Source: the human T2T-CHM13v2.0 reference genome, Homo sapiens. Taken from it: a DNA stretch of 64,000 bases. How positions within the stretch are numbered: the first letter of the stretch is position 1; the number at the start of each line of letters is the position of its first letter. The stretch lies in the NCBI RefSeq assembly GCF_009914755.1, contig NC_060940.1; one strand, 5' to 3'. A program made the translations under genes and the position numbers. Of the stretch, positions 40,353 through 55,400 are shown piece after piece. The notes under the pieces are model-generated. The model did no database searches. It was given only the letters and a program-made list of their open reading frames with translations, and was not told where the DNA came from.

Positions 40353-43300
40353 ATTTGATGATGATTCCATTCGAGTCCACTCGATGATTCCATTCGAGTC
40401 CATTTAATGAATCCATTGGTTTCAATTCTATGATGATTACATTGGATTCCATTCGTTGATGATTTCATTCGGTTCCATTCAATGATGATTCCATTCAATT
40501 CCTTTCAATGTTTCCATTCAATTCCATACGATGATGATTCCATTTGATTTGATTCGACAGTGAGCCATTCGATTCAATTTCATGATGATTCTATTTATTC
40601 AATTGGTTGACATTTCCATTCGATTCCATTCGATGATGATTCCCTTTGATTCCATTCAAAGATGATTCCATTCTAGCCCATTCAATCATTCCATTCGATT
40701 CTATTCAATGATGATTCCATTCATGTCGATTTGGTGATTCCATTTGACTTCATTTGATGATGATTCCTTTCAAGTTCATTAGATGATTCCATTCGATTCC
40801 ATTTGATGATGATCCCATTCGAGTCCATTCAGTGATTCCACTCGTTTCCATTCCATGATGATTCCATTCCATTCCATTCAATGATTCCATTCGATTCCGA
40901 TGGATGATGATTTCATTCGAGTCCATTTGATGATTCCATTTGATTCCATTCGATGATGATTCCATTCGAGTCCATTCGATGATTCTATTCGAATCCATTT
41001 GATGATTTCTTTTGATTATAGTTGGTGATGATTCCATTGGAGTCCATTCAATGATTCCATTCGATTCCAATCGATGGTGATTCCATTAGAGTCCATTTAA
41101 TGATTCCATTTGATTCCAGTCTCTGATGATTACATTCGAGTCCATACGATGATTCCACTCAATTCCATATGATGATGATTCCATTCGATTCCATTCGGTG
41201 ATTCCATTCTATTCTATTCAGTGGTGATTCCATTCGAGTACATTAGATGATTCCATTCGATTCCATTCAATGATGATTCTATTTGTGTCCCTTAGATGAT
41301 TCCACATGATTCCATTAGATGATGATACTATTTGAGCCCATCCAATGATTCCCTTCGATTCCATTCGATGAGGATTCCATTCGATTCAATTCATTGGTGA
41401 TTCTATTCAATTCAATTCTTTGATTCCATTCCATTCCATTCGACAATGATTCCATTCGATTTCTTTCGATGATTCCACTCGATTCCACTTGATATTGATT
41501 CCCTTCGATTCCATTCAATGATTCCATTTGATTCCAGTGGATGATGATTGCCATCGATTCCATTCGATCACTCCATTCTATTCCATTTGATGATGATTAC
41601 ATTCGATTCCATTTGACGATTCCATCTGATTCTATTCGAGGATTCCATTTGATTCCATTCGATGATGATTCCATTCGAGTCCATTCGATGATTTCATTCG
41701 AGTACATCCAATGATTCCATTCGAGTCCATTTGATGATTCCATTTGATTCCATTTGATTATGATTCTACTAGAGTCCATTCAATGACTCCATTCGAGTCC
41801 ATTCAACAATTCCATTCGACTCCATTCGATGATTCCATTCGATTCCATTTGATGATTCCATTCGAGTCCATTTAATCATTACAGTCGAGTCCATTTGGTG
41901 ATTCCGCTGGATTTCCTTTGATAATGATACCATTCAATTACATTTGATGATGATCCCATTCAATTTCATTTGATGATGATTCCATTAGAGTCCATTCGAT
42001 GATTTTATTCGAGTCCCTTCATTGATTCCATCCGATTTCATTGGATGATGACTCCATTCGAGTCCATTCGATGATTCCACTCGATTCCATTAGATGATTC
42101 CATTGGAGTCCATTTGATTGTTCCATTCGATTCCATTCGATTCCTTTCGAAGATTATTCCATTTGAGTCCATTCGATGATGATTCCATTCCATTCCATTC
42201 GATGATTCCGTTTGATTCCATTCGATGATTCCCTTCGATTCCTTTCTTTGATGATTCCATTCCATTCCATTCAATGATTCCATTCGAATCTATTCCATGA
42301 TGATTCCTTTCGATTCCATTCGCTGATGTTTCCGTTCAATTCCATTCGATGATGATTCCATTCGATTCCATTCATTGAGGATTCCATTTGATTCCATTCA
42401 ATGATGATTCCATTCTATTCCATTCAATGATTGCATTCAATTCCATTCAATGATTATCCCATTAGAGTAAACTCAACGATTCCATTCAATACCATTCGAT
42501 GATGATTCCTTTTGAGTCCATTCAATGATTTCATTCAAGTCCATTTGATGATTCCTTTCAATTCCATTCTATGATGATTCCATTCGAGTCCATTCGATGA
42601 TTCCATTCGATTGCATTCGATGATTCCATTATATTCCATTCAACGATGATTCCATTCGAGTCCATTCGATGATTCCATTAGAGTACATTTAATGATTGCT
42701 TTGTTTTCAATTCGAAGATGATTACATTCGATTCCATTCTATGATACCATTCGTTTCCATTCAATGATGACTCCACTCAAATCCATTGGATGATTCCATT
42801 CGTGTCCATTCGGTGATTTCATTAGATTCCATTCGAGGATGATTCCATTCGATTCCATTCGATGATTCCATTCAATTCCATTCGATGATGATTCCATTCG
42901 AGTCCATATGATCATTCCATTTGATTTCATTCGATGATGATTCCATTCGATTCCATTCGACGATTCCATTCTATTCCATTCGATGATGATTCCATTCGAG
43001 TCCATTCGATGATTCCATTCGAGTCCATTTAATGATTCCATTGGGTTCAATTCAATGATGATTACATTGGATTCCGTTCTATGATTCCATTCAATTCCGT
43101 TCATTGACAATTTGATTCCATTCGATGATGATTCCATTTGAGTTCATTCGATGATTCTATTCGATTCTCTTCGATGGTGATTCAATTCTATTATATTGGA
43201 TGATTCCATTCGATTCCATTTGATGTTGATTCAATTCGATTCTATTCGATGATGATTCCATTGGATTTCACTTGATGATTCTATTCGATTCCATTCAATG

Positions 43301-46300
43301 ATGATTCACTTCTCGTCCATTGGATGATTCCATTTCATTCCATTCGATGATGATTCCATTCGATTCCATTCGATGATTCCATTTGATTCCATGCGACGGT
43401 GAGCAATTCGATTCAATTCCATGATGATTCTATTTGATTCAATTAGATGATGTTTCCATTCGAATCCATTCCATGATTATTCCATTGGAATCCATTCGGC
43501 GATGATTCCATATGAGTCAATTCAATGATGATTCCATATGGGTCCGTTCGATGATAATTCCATTTGATTTCATTCGATGCTTCTATTCAATTCCAGTCGA
43601 TGATGATTCCGTTGGAGTCCATACGATGATTCCATTTGATTTCATTTCATGATGATTCCATTCGGTGACGATTACATTGGATTCCATTCTATGATTCCAT
43701 TCAATTCCATTCGTTGATGATTCGATTCCATTCAATGATGATTCCATTTGAGTTCATTCGGTGATTCTATTCGATTCCATTCTATGGTGATTCAATTCTC
43801 TTATATTGGATGATTCGACTCGATTCCATTTGATGATTATTCCATTGGAGTCCACTTAGTGAATCCTTTAGATTCTACTCGAAGATGATTCCATTCGAGT
43901 CCATTCGATGATACCATTCAATTCCATTCGTTGATGCTTCCATTCAAGTGCATTCGATGATATCATTCGATTCCATTTGATGATAATTCCATTTGATTCC
44001 ATGCGATGATTCTATTCGATTCCATTCAATGATAATTCCATTCAATTCAGTGATTCCTCTGGACTCCATTTGATGATGATTCCATTCAATGATTCCATTC
44101 GATTCTATTCGAAAATGATTACATTTGAATCCATTTGATGACGATTCCATTCCATTCCATTTGATGATTCCATACTATTCTATTCGATGATGATTCCATT
44201 CGATTCCATTCGATGATGATTGGATTCGATTCCATTTGATGATTTCATTTGATTCCATTCGTTAATGATTTCGATCAATTCCATTCGATGATTCCATTCG
44301 ATTCCATTCGATAATGATTACATCCGAGTCCATTCGATGATTCCATTTGAGCCTGTTCGATAATTCCATTTGAGTCCAACCAATGATTCCATTCATTTCC
44401 ATTCAATGATTCCATTCGAGTCCATTTGATCATTCCGGTAGGGTCCATTCGATGTTGATTCCATTGGAGTGCATTCGATGATTCCATTCGAGTCCATTTT
44501 AGGATTTGATTCGAGTCCTTTCGATGATTCCATTCGATTCCACTCGATGATGATTTCATTCGAGTCCATTCGACACTTCCAATCGATTCCATTTGATGAT
44601 TCCATTCGAGTCCTATTGATGATTCCATTCAATTCCATTCGATGATGATTCCGTACGATTCCATTCTGTGATGATTCCATGTGATTGCATTCAATGATGA
44701 TTCCTTTCGATTGCATTCGATTATGATTCATTTCGTCTTCATTCTATGGTTCCACAGGTTTCCATTCGTGTCCATTCCATTATTCCATTCTATTCCATTT
44801 GATGATGATTCCATTCGATTCCATTCATTGGTGATTCCACTCAATTCCATTCAATGATTCCATTCCATTTCTTTCAACAATGATTCCATTAGTTTCTAAT
44901 CGATGATCCACTTGATTCCATTTGACGACGATTCCATTCTTGTCCATTCGATGATTCCATTTGATTCCATATGATGATGATTCCATTCGATTCCATACCA
45001 TGATGATTCCATTCGAGTCCATTCAATGGTGATTCCATTCAATTCCATTCGATGATTCCTTTCGATTCCATTCGATGATGATGGCATTCGATTCCTTTCA
45101 ATCATTCCCTTTGATTCCATTCAAAGGTGATTTCATTCAAGTCCATTCGATAATTGCATTCGATTCCATTCTATGATGATTCCATTCGAGTCCATTTGAT
45201 GATTCCATTCAATTCAAGTCAATGATGATTCCATTCGATTCCATTCGATGATTCCATTGGATTCCATTCGATGATGATTCCATTCAAATCCATTCGATAA
45301 TTCAATTCAAGTCCATTCGATGATGATTCCAATCGAATCCATTCAAAGATTCCATTCAGTTCCATTCGATGATTCCCTTGGATTCCATTCGATGATTCCA
45401 CTTGATTGCATTTACGATGATTCCATTCGATTCCATGTGATGATTCCATTCAATTCTATTCAATGATGTCTCCATTTGATTCCATTCGACCATGATTGCC
45501 TTTGATTCCATTCAATGATTCCATTCGGTTCCGTTTGATGATGATTCCGTTCGATTCCATTTGATGATTCCATTTGATTCCATTGGATGAGTCCATTCGA
45601 TTACATTCGATGATTATTCCATTCGAGTGCATTAGATGATTCCATTCGAGTCCATTCGATGATTCCATTCGATTCCATTCGATGTTGATTCTGTTCAAAT
45701 CCATTCGATGATTCCACTCGATTCCATTCGTTGACTCCATTTGATCCCATTCGATGATTTCCTTTGATTCCCTTTGATGATCATTCCATTTGATTCAATT
45801 CGGTGATTTCATTTGATTCCATTCAGTGATGTTTCCATTCGACTCCATTCGATGATGATTCCATTCGACTCCATTCGATTATGATTTCATTCAATTCCAT
45901 TCGATAATGATTCCCTTCGAGTCCATTCGATGATTCCATTCGATTCCATTCAACGATGATTTGATTCGTGTCCATTCGATGATTCCATTTGATTCCACTT
46001 GATGATGATTCCATTCGAGTCCATTTGATGATTCCATTCAATTCCATACTCCGATGATTTCTTTTGAGCCCACTCAATGCTTCCACTCGATTCCATATGA
46101 TGATGACTCCATTCGATGAAATTCGATGATGATTCCATTCGCTTGCTTTCGATGATGATTCCACTTGAGTCCGTTAGAAGATTCTATTCAATTACATTCC
46201 AGGACGATTCCGTTCGAGTCCATTTGATGATTCCATTAGACTCCATTCGACGATGATTCCATTCGATGTTATTCCATGATTCCATTCGATCTCATTCGAT

Positions 46301-46414
46301 GATGATTCCATTCAACTCCATTCGATGTTTCCATTCGAGTTCATTCTATTATTCCATTAGATTCCATTCGATGATGATTCCATTCGATTCCATTTGATGA
46401 TTGCATTCTATTTC
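40353..46414 (+). repeat. Higher-order unit copy 8 (6062 bp; -1 and -49 bp)
   Basis: Marker 41315 to 47377 = 6062. CTATTTATTC 1-bp loss at ~40596; 49-bp loss at ~44140. Confidence 0.93.
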
Positions 46415-49400
46415 ATTTGATGATGATTCCATTCGAGTCCACTCGATGATTCCATTCGAGTCCATTTAATGAATCCATTGGTTTCAATTCTATGATGATT
46501 ACATTGGATTCCATTCGTTGATGATTTCATTCAGTTCCATTCAATGATGATTCCATTCAATTCCTTTCAATGTTTCCATTCAATTCCATACGATGATGAT
46601 TCCATTTGATTTGATTCGACAGTGAGCCATTCGATTCAATTTCATGATGATTCTATTTATTCAATTGGTTGACATTTCCATTCGATTCCATTCGATGATG
46701 ATTCCCTTTGATTCCATTCAAAGATGATTCCATTCTAGCCCATTCAATCATTCCATTCGATTCTATTCAATGATGATTCCATTCATGTCGATTTGGTGAT
46801 TCCATTTGACTTCATTTGATGATGATTCCTTTCAAGTTCATTAGATGATTCCATTCGATTCCATTTGATGATGATCCCATTCGAGTCCATTCAGTGATTC
46901 CATTCGTTTCCATTCCATGATGATTCCATTACTTTCCATTCAATGATTCCATTCGATTCCGTTGGATGATGATTTCATTCGAGTCCATTTGATGATTCCA
47001 TTTGATTCCATTCGATGATGATTCCATTCGAGTCCATTCGATGATTCTATTCGAATCCATTTGATGATTTCTTTTGATTATATTTGGTGATGATTCCATT
47101 GGAGTCCATTCAATGATTCCATTCTATTCCAATCGATGATGATTCCATTAGAGTCCATTTAATGATTCCATTTGATTCCAGTCTCTGATGATTACATTCG
47201 AGTCCATACGATGATTCCACTCAATTCCATATGATGATGATTCCATTTGATTCCATTCGGTGATTCCATTCTATTCTATTCAGTGGTGATTCCATTCGAG
47301 TACATTAGATGATTCCATTCGATTCCATTCAATGATGATTCTATTTGTGTCCCTTAGATGATTCCACATGATTCCATTAGATGATGATACTATTTGAGCC
47401 CATCCAATGATTCCCTTCGATTCCATTCGATGAGGATTCCATTCGATTCAATTCATTGGTGATTCTATTCAATTCAATTCTTTGATTCCATTCCATTCCA
47501 TTCGACAATGATTCCATTCGATTTCTTTCGATGATTCCACTCGATTCCACTTGACATTGATTCCCTTCGATTCCATTCAATGATTCCATTTGATTCCAGT
47601 GGATGATGATTGCCATCGATTCCATTCGATCACTCCATTCTATTCCATTTGATGATGATTACATTCGATTCCATTTGACGATTCCATCTGATTCTATTCG
47701 AGGATTCCATTTGATTCCATTCGATGATGATTCCATTCGAGTCCATTCGATGATTTCATTCGAGTACATCCAATGATTCCATTCGAGTCCATTTGATGAT
47801 TCCATTTGATTCCATTTGATTATGATTCTACTAGAGTCCATTCAATGACTCCATTTGAGTCCATTCAACAATTCCATTCGACTCCATTCGATGATTCCAT
47901 TCGATTCCATTTGATGATTCCATTCGAGTCCATTTAATCATTACAGTCGAGTCCATTTGGTGATTCCGCTGGATTTCCTTTGATAATGATACCATTCGAT
48001 TACATTTGATGATGATCCCATTCAATTTCATTTGATGATGATTCCATTAGAGTCCATTCGATGATTTTATTCGAGTCCCTTCATTGATTCCATCCGATTT
48101 CATTGGATGATGACTCCATTCGAGTCCATTCGATGATTCCACTCGATTCCATTAGATGATTCCATTGGAGTCCATTTGATTGTTCCATTCGATTCCATTC
48201 GATTCCTTTCGAAGATTATTCCATTTGAGTCCATTCGATGATGATTCCATTCCATTCCATTCGATGATTCCGTTTGATTCCATTCGATGATTCCCTTCGA
48301 TTCCTTTCTTTGATGATTCCATTCCATTCCATTCAATGATTCCATTCGAATCTATTCCATGATGATTCCTTTCGATTCCATTCGCTGATGTTTCCGTTCA
48401 ATTCCATTCGATGATGATTCCATTCGATTCCATTCATTGAGGATTCCATTTGATTCCATTCAATGATTCCATTCTATTCCATTCAATGATTGCATTCAAT
48501 TCCATTCAATGATTATCCCATTAGAGTAAACTCAACGATTCCTTTCAATACCATTCGATGATGATTCCTTTTGAGTCCATTCAATGATTTCATTCAAGTC
48601 CATTTGATGATTCCTTTCAATTCCATTCTATGATGATTCCATTCGAGTCCATTCGATGATTCCATTCGATTGCATTCGATGATTCCATTATATTCCATTC
48701 AACGATGATTCCATTCGAGTCCATTCGATGATTCCATTAGAGTACATTTAATGATTGCTTTGTTTTCAATTCGAAGATGATTACATTCGATTCCATTCTA
48801 TGATACCATTCGATTCCATTCAATGATGACTCCACTCAAATCCATTGGATGATTCCATTCGTGTCCATTCGGTGATTTCATTAGATTCCATTCGAGGATG
48901 ATTCCATTCGATTCCATTCGATGATTCCATTCAATTCCATTCGATGATGATTCCATTCGAGTCCATATGATCATTCCATTTGATTTCATTCGATGATGAT
49001 TCCATTCGATTCCATTCGACGATTCCATTCTATTCCATTCGATGATGATTCCATTCGAGTCCATTCGATGATTCCATTCGAGTCCATTTAATGATTCCAT
49101 TGGGTTCAATTCAATGATGATTACATTGGATTCCGTTCTATGATTCCATTCAATTCCGTTCATTGACAATTTGATTCCATTCGATGATGATTCCATTTGA
49201 GTTCATTCGATGATTCTATTCGATTCTCTTCGATGGTGATTCAATTCTATTATATTGGATGATTCCATTCGATTCCATTTGATGTTGATTCAATTCGATT
49301 CTATTCGATGATGATTCCATTGGATTTCACTTGATGATTCTATTCGATTCCATTCAATGATGATTCACTTCTCGTCCATTGGATGATTCCATTTCATTCC

Positions 49401-52400
49401 ATTCGATGATGATTCCATTCGATTCCATTCGATGATTCCATTTGATTCCATGCGACGGTGAGCAATTCGATTCAATTCCATGATGATTCTATTTGATTCA
49501 ATTAGATGATGTTTCCATTCGAATCCATTCCATGATTATTCCATTGGAATCCATTCGGCGATGATTCCATATGAGTCAATTCAATGATGATTCCATATGG
49601 GTCCGTTCGATGATAATTCCATTTGATTTCATTCGATGCTTCTATTCAATTCCAGTCGATGATGATTCCGTTGGAGTCCATACGATGATTCCATTTGATT
49701 TCATTTCATGATGATTCCATTCGATGACGATTACATTGGATTCCATTCTATGATTCCATTCAATTCCATTCGTTGATGATACGATTCCATTCAATGATGA
49801 TTCCATTTGAGTTCATTCGGTGATTCTATTCGATTCCATTCTATGGTGATTCAATTCTCTTATATTGGATGATTCGACTCGATTCCATTTGATGATTATT
49901 CCATTGGAGTCCACTTAGTGAATCCTTTAGATTCTACTCGAAGATGATTCCATTCGAGTCCATTCGATGATACCATTCAATTCCATTCGTTGATGCTTCC
50001 ATTCAAGTGCATTCGATGATATCATTCGATTCCATTTGATGATAATTCCATTTGATTCCATGCGATGATTCTATTCGATTCCATTCAATGATAATTCCAT
50101 TCAATTCAGTGATTCCTCTGGACTCCATTTGATGATGATTCCATTCAATGATTCCATTCGATTCTATTCGAAAATGATTACATTTGAATCCATTTCATGA
50201 CGATTCCATTCCATTCCATTTGATGATTCCATACTATTCTATTCGATGATGATTCCATTCGATTCCATTCGATGATGATTGGATTCGATTCCATTTGATG
50301 ATTTCATTTGATTCCATTCGTTAATGATTTCGATCAATTCCATTCGATGATTCCATTCGATTCCATTCGATAATGATTACATCCGAGTCCATTCGATGAT
50401 TCCATTTGAGCCTGTTCGATAATTCCATTTGAGTCCAACCAATGATTCCATTCATTTCCATTCAATGATTCCATTCGAGTCCATTTGATCATTCCGGTAG
50501 GGTCCATTCGATGTTGATTCCATTGGAGTGCATTCGATGATTCCATTCGAGTCCATTTTAGGATTTGATTCGAGTCCTTTCGATGATTCCATTCGATTCC
50601 ACTCGATGATGATTTCATTCGAGTCCATTCGACACTTCCAATCGATTCCATTTGATGATTCCATTCGAGTCCAATTGATGATTCCATTCAATTCCATTCG
50701 ATGATGATTCCGTACGATTCCATTCTGTGATGATTCCATGTGATTGCATTCAATGATGATTCCTTTCGATTGCATTCGATTATGATTCATTTCGTGTTCA
50801 TTCTATGGTTCCACAGGTTTCCATTCGTGTCCATTCCATTATTCCATTCTATTCCATTTGATGATGATTCCATTCGATTCCATTCATTGGTGATTCCACT
50901 CAATTCCATTCAATGATTCCATTCCATTTCTTTCAACAATGATTCCATTAGTTTCTAATCGAGGATCCACTTGATTCCATTTGACGACGATTCCATTCTT
51001 GTCCATTCGATGATTCCATTTGATTCCATATGATGATGATTCCATTCGATTCCATACCATGATGATTCCATTCGAGTCCATTCAATGGTGATTCCATTCA
51101 ATTCCATTCGATGATTCCTTTCGATTCCATTCGATGATGATGGCATTCGATTCCTTTCAATCATTCCCTTTGATTCCATTCAAAGGTGATTTCATTCAAG
51201 TCCATTCGATAATTGCATTCGATTCCATTCTATGATGATTCCATTCGAGTCCATTTGATGATTCCATTCAATTCAAGTCAATGATGATTCCATTCGATTC
51301 CATTCGATGATTCCATTGGATTCCATTCGATGATGATTCCATTCACATCCATTCGATAATTCAATTCAAGTCCATTCGATGATGATTCCAATCGAATCCA
51401 TTCAAAGATTCCATTCAGTTCCATTCGATGATTCCCTTAGATTCCATTCGAGGATTCCACTTGATTGCATTTACGATGATTCCATTCGATTCCATGTGAT
51501 GATTCCATTCAATTCTATTCAATGATGTCTCCATTTGATTCCATTCGACCATGATTGCCTTTGATTCCATTCAATGATTCCATTCGGTTCCGTTTGATGA
51601 TGATTCCGTTCGATTCCATTTGATGATTCCATTGGATTCCATTGGATGAGTCCATTCGATTACATTCGATGATTATTCCATTCGAGTGCATTAGATGATT
51701 CCATTCGAGTCCATTCGATGATTCCATTCGATTCCATTCGATGTTGATTCTGTTCAAATCCATTCGATGATTCCACTCGATTCCATTCGTTGACTCCATT
51801 TGATCCCATTCGATGATTTCCTTTGATTCCCTTTGATGATCATTCCATTTGATTCAATTCGGTGATTTCATTTGATTCCATTCAGTGATGTTTCCATTCG
51901 ACTCCATTCGATGATGATTCCATTCGACTCCATTCGATTATGATTTCATTCAATTCCATTCGATAATGATTCCCTTCGAGTCCATTCGATGATTCCATTC
52001 GATTCCATTCAACGATGATTTGATTCGTGTCCATTCGATGATTCCATTTGATTCCACTTGATGATGATTCCATTCGAGTCCATTTGATGATTCCATTCAA
52101 TTCCATACTCCGATGATTTCTTTTGAGCCCACTCAATGCTTCCACTCGATTCCATATGATGATGACTCCATTCGATGAAATTCGATGATGATTCCATTCG
52201 CTTGCTTTCGATGATGATTCCACTTGAGTCCGTTAGAAGATTCTATTCAATTACATTCCATGACGATTCCGTTCGAGTCCATTTGATGATTCCATTAGAC
52301 TCCATTCGACGATGATTCCATTCGATGTTATTCGATGATTCCATTCGATCTCATTCGATGATGATTCCATTAAACTCCATTCGATGTTTCCATTCGAGTT

Positions 52401-52473
52401 CATTCTATTATTCCATTAGATTCCATTCGATGATGATTCCATTCGATTCCATTTGATGATTGCATTCTATTTC
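46415..52473 (+). repeat. Higher-order unit copy 9 (6059 bp; -1, -3 and -49 bp)
   Basis: Marker 47377 to 53436 = 6059. Loss of one ATG at ~48463. Confidence 0.93.
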
Positions 52474-55400
52474 ATTTGATGATGATTCCATTCGAGTCCA
52501 CTCGATGATTCCATTCGAGTCCATTTAATGAATCCATTGGTTTCAATTCTATGATGATTACATTGGATTCCATTCGTTGATGATTTCATTCGGTTCCATT
52601 CAATGATGATTCCATTCAATTCCTTTCAATGTTTCCATTCAATTCCATACGATGATGATTCCATTTGATTTGATTCGACAGTGAGCCATTCGATTCAATT
52701 TCATGATGATTCTATTTATTCAATTGGTTGACATTTCCATTCGATTCCATTCGATGATGATTCCCTTTGATTCCATTCAAAGATGATTCCATTCTAGCCC
52801 ATTCAATCATTCCATTCGATTCTATTCAATGATGATTCCATTCATGTCGATTTGGTGATTCCATTTGACTTCATTTGATGATGATTCCTTTCAAGTTCAT
52901 TAGATGATTCCATTCGATTCCATTTGATGATGATCCCATTCGAGTCCATTCAGTGATTCCACTCGTTTCCATTCCATGATGATTCCATTCCATTCCATTC
53001 AATGATTCCATTCGATTCCGATGGATGATGATTTCATTCGAGTCCATTTGATGATTCCATTTGATTCCATTCGATGATGATTCCATTCGAGTCCATTCGA
53101 TGATTCTATTCGAATCCATTTGATGATTTCTTTTGATTATAGTTGGTGATGATTCCATTGGAGTCCATTCAATGATTCCATTCGATTCCAATCGATGGTG
53201 ATTCCATTAGAGTCCATTTAATGATTCCATTTGATTCCAGTCTCTGATGATTACATTCGAGTCCATACGATGATTCCACTCAATTCCATATGATGATGAT
53301 TCCATTCGATTCCATTCGGTGATTCCATTCTATTCTATTCAGTGGTGATTCCATTCGAGTACATTAGATGATTCCATTCGATTCCATTCAATGATGATTC
53401 TATTTGTGTCCCTTAGATGATTCCACATGATTCCATTAGATGATGATACTATTTGAGCCCATCCAATGATTCCCTTCGATTCCATTCGATGAGGATTCCA
53501 TTCGATTCAATTCATTGGTGATTCTATTCAATTCAATTCTTTGATTCCATTCCATTCCATTCGACAATGATTCCATTCGATTTCTTTCGATGATTCCACT
53601 CGATTCCACTTGACATTGATTCCCTTCGATTCCATTCAATGATTCCATTTGATTCCAGTGGATGATGATTGCCATCGATTCCATTCGATCACTCCATTCT
53701 ATTCCATTTGATGATGATTACATTCGATTCCATTTGACGATTCCATCTGATTCTATTCGAGGATTCCATTTGATTCCATTCGATGATGATTCCATTCGAG
53801 TCCATTCGATGATTTCATTCGAGTACATCCAATGATTCCATTCGAGTCCATTTGATGATTCCATTTGATTCCATTTGATTATGATTCTACTAGAGTCCAT
53901 TCAATGACTCCATTCGAGTCCATTCAACAATTCCATTCGACTCCATTCGATGATTCCATTCGATTCCATTTGATGATTCCATTCGAGTCCATTTAATCAT
54001 TACAGTCGAGTCCATTTGGTGATTCCGCTGGATTTCCTTTGATAATGATACCATTCAATTACATTTGATGATGATCCCATTCAATTTCATTTGATGATGA
54101 TTCCATTAGAGTCCATTCGATGATTTTATTCGAGTCCCTTCATTGATTCCATCCGATTTCATTGGATGATGACTCCATTCGAGTCCATTCGATGATTCCA
54201 CTCGATTCCATTAGATGATTCCATTGGAGTCCATTTGATTGTTCCATTCGATTCCATTCGATTCCTTTCGAAGATTATTCCATTTGAGTCCATTCGATGA
54301 TGATTCCATTCCATTCCATTCGATGATTCCGTTTGATTCCATTCGATGATTCCCTTCGATTCCTTTCTTTGATGATTCCATTCCATTCCATTCAATGATT
54401 CCATTCGAATCTATTCCATGATGATTCCTTTCGATTCCATTCGCTGATGTTTCCGTTCAATTCCATTCGATGATGATTCCATTCGATTCCATTCATTGAG
54501 GATTCCATTTGATTCCATTCAATGATGATTCCATTCTATTCCATTCAATGATTGCATTCAATTCCATTCAATGATTATCCCATTAGAGTAAACTCAACGA
54601 TTCCATTCAATACCATTCGATGATGATTCCTTTTGAGTCCATTCAATGATTTCATTCAAGTCCATTTGATGATTCCTTTCAATTCCATTCTATGATGATT
54701 CCATTCGAGTCCATTCGATGATTCCATTCGATTGCATTCGATGATTCCATTATATTCCATTCAACGATGATTCCATTCGAGTCCATTCGATGATTCCATT
54801 AGAGTACATTTAATGATTGCTTTGTTTTCAATTCGAAGATGATTACATTCGATTCCATTCTATGATACCATTCGTTTCCATTCAATGATGACTCCACTCA
54901 AATCCATTGGATGATTCCATTCGTGTCCATTCGGTGATTTCATTAGATTCCATTCGAGGATGATTCCATTCGATTCCATTCGATGATTCCATTCAATTCC
55001 ATTCGATGATGATTCCATTCGAGTCCATATGATCATTCCATTTGATTTCATTCGATGATGATTCCATTCGATTCCATTCGACGATTCCATTCTATTCCAT
55101 TCGATGATGATTCCATTCGAGTCCATTCGATGATTCCATTCGAGTCCATTTAATGATTCCATTGGGTTCAATTCAATGATGATTACATTGGATTCCGTTC
55201 TATGATTCCATTCAATTCCGTTCATTGACAATTTGATTCCATTCGATGATGATTCCATTTGAGTTCATTCGATGATTCTATTCGATTCTCTTCGATGGTG
55301 ATTCAATTCTATTATATTGGATGATTCCATTTGATGTTGATTCAATTCGATTCTATTCGATGATGATTCCATTGGATTTCACTTGATGATTCTATTCGAT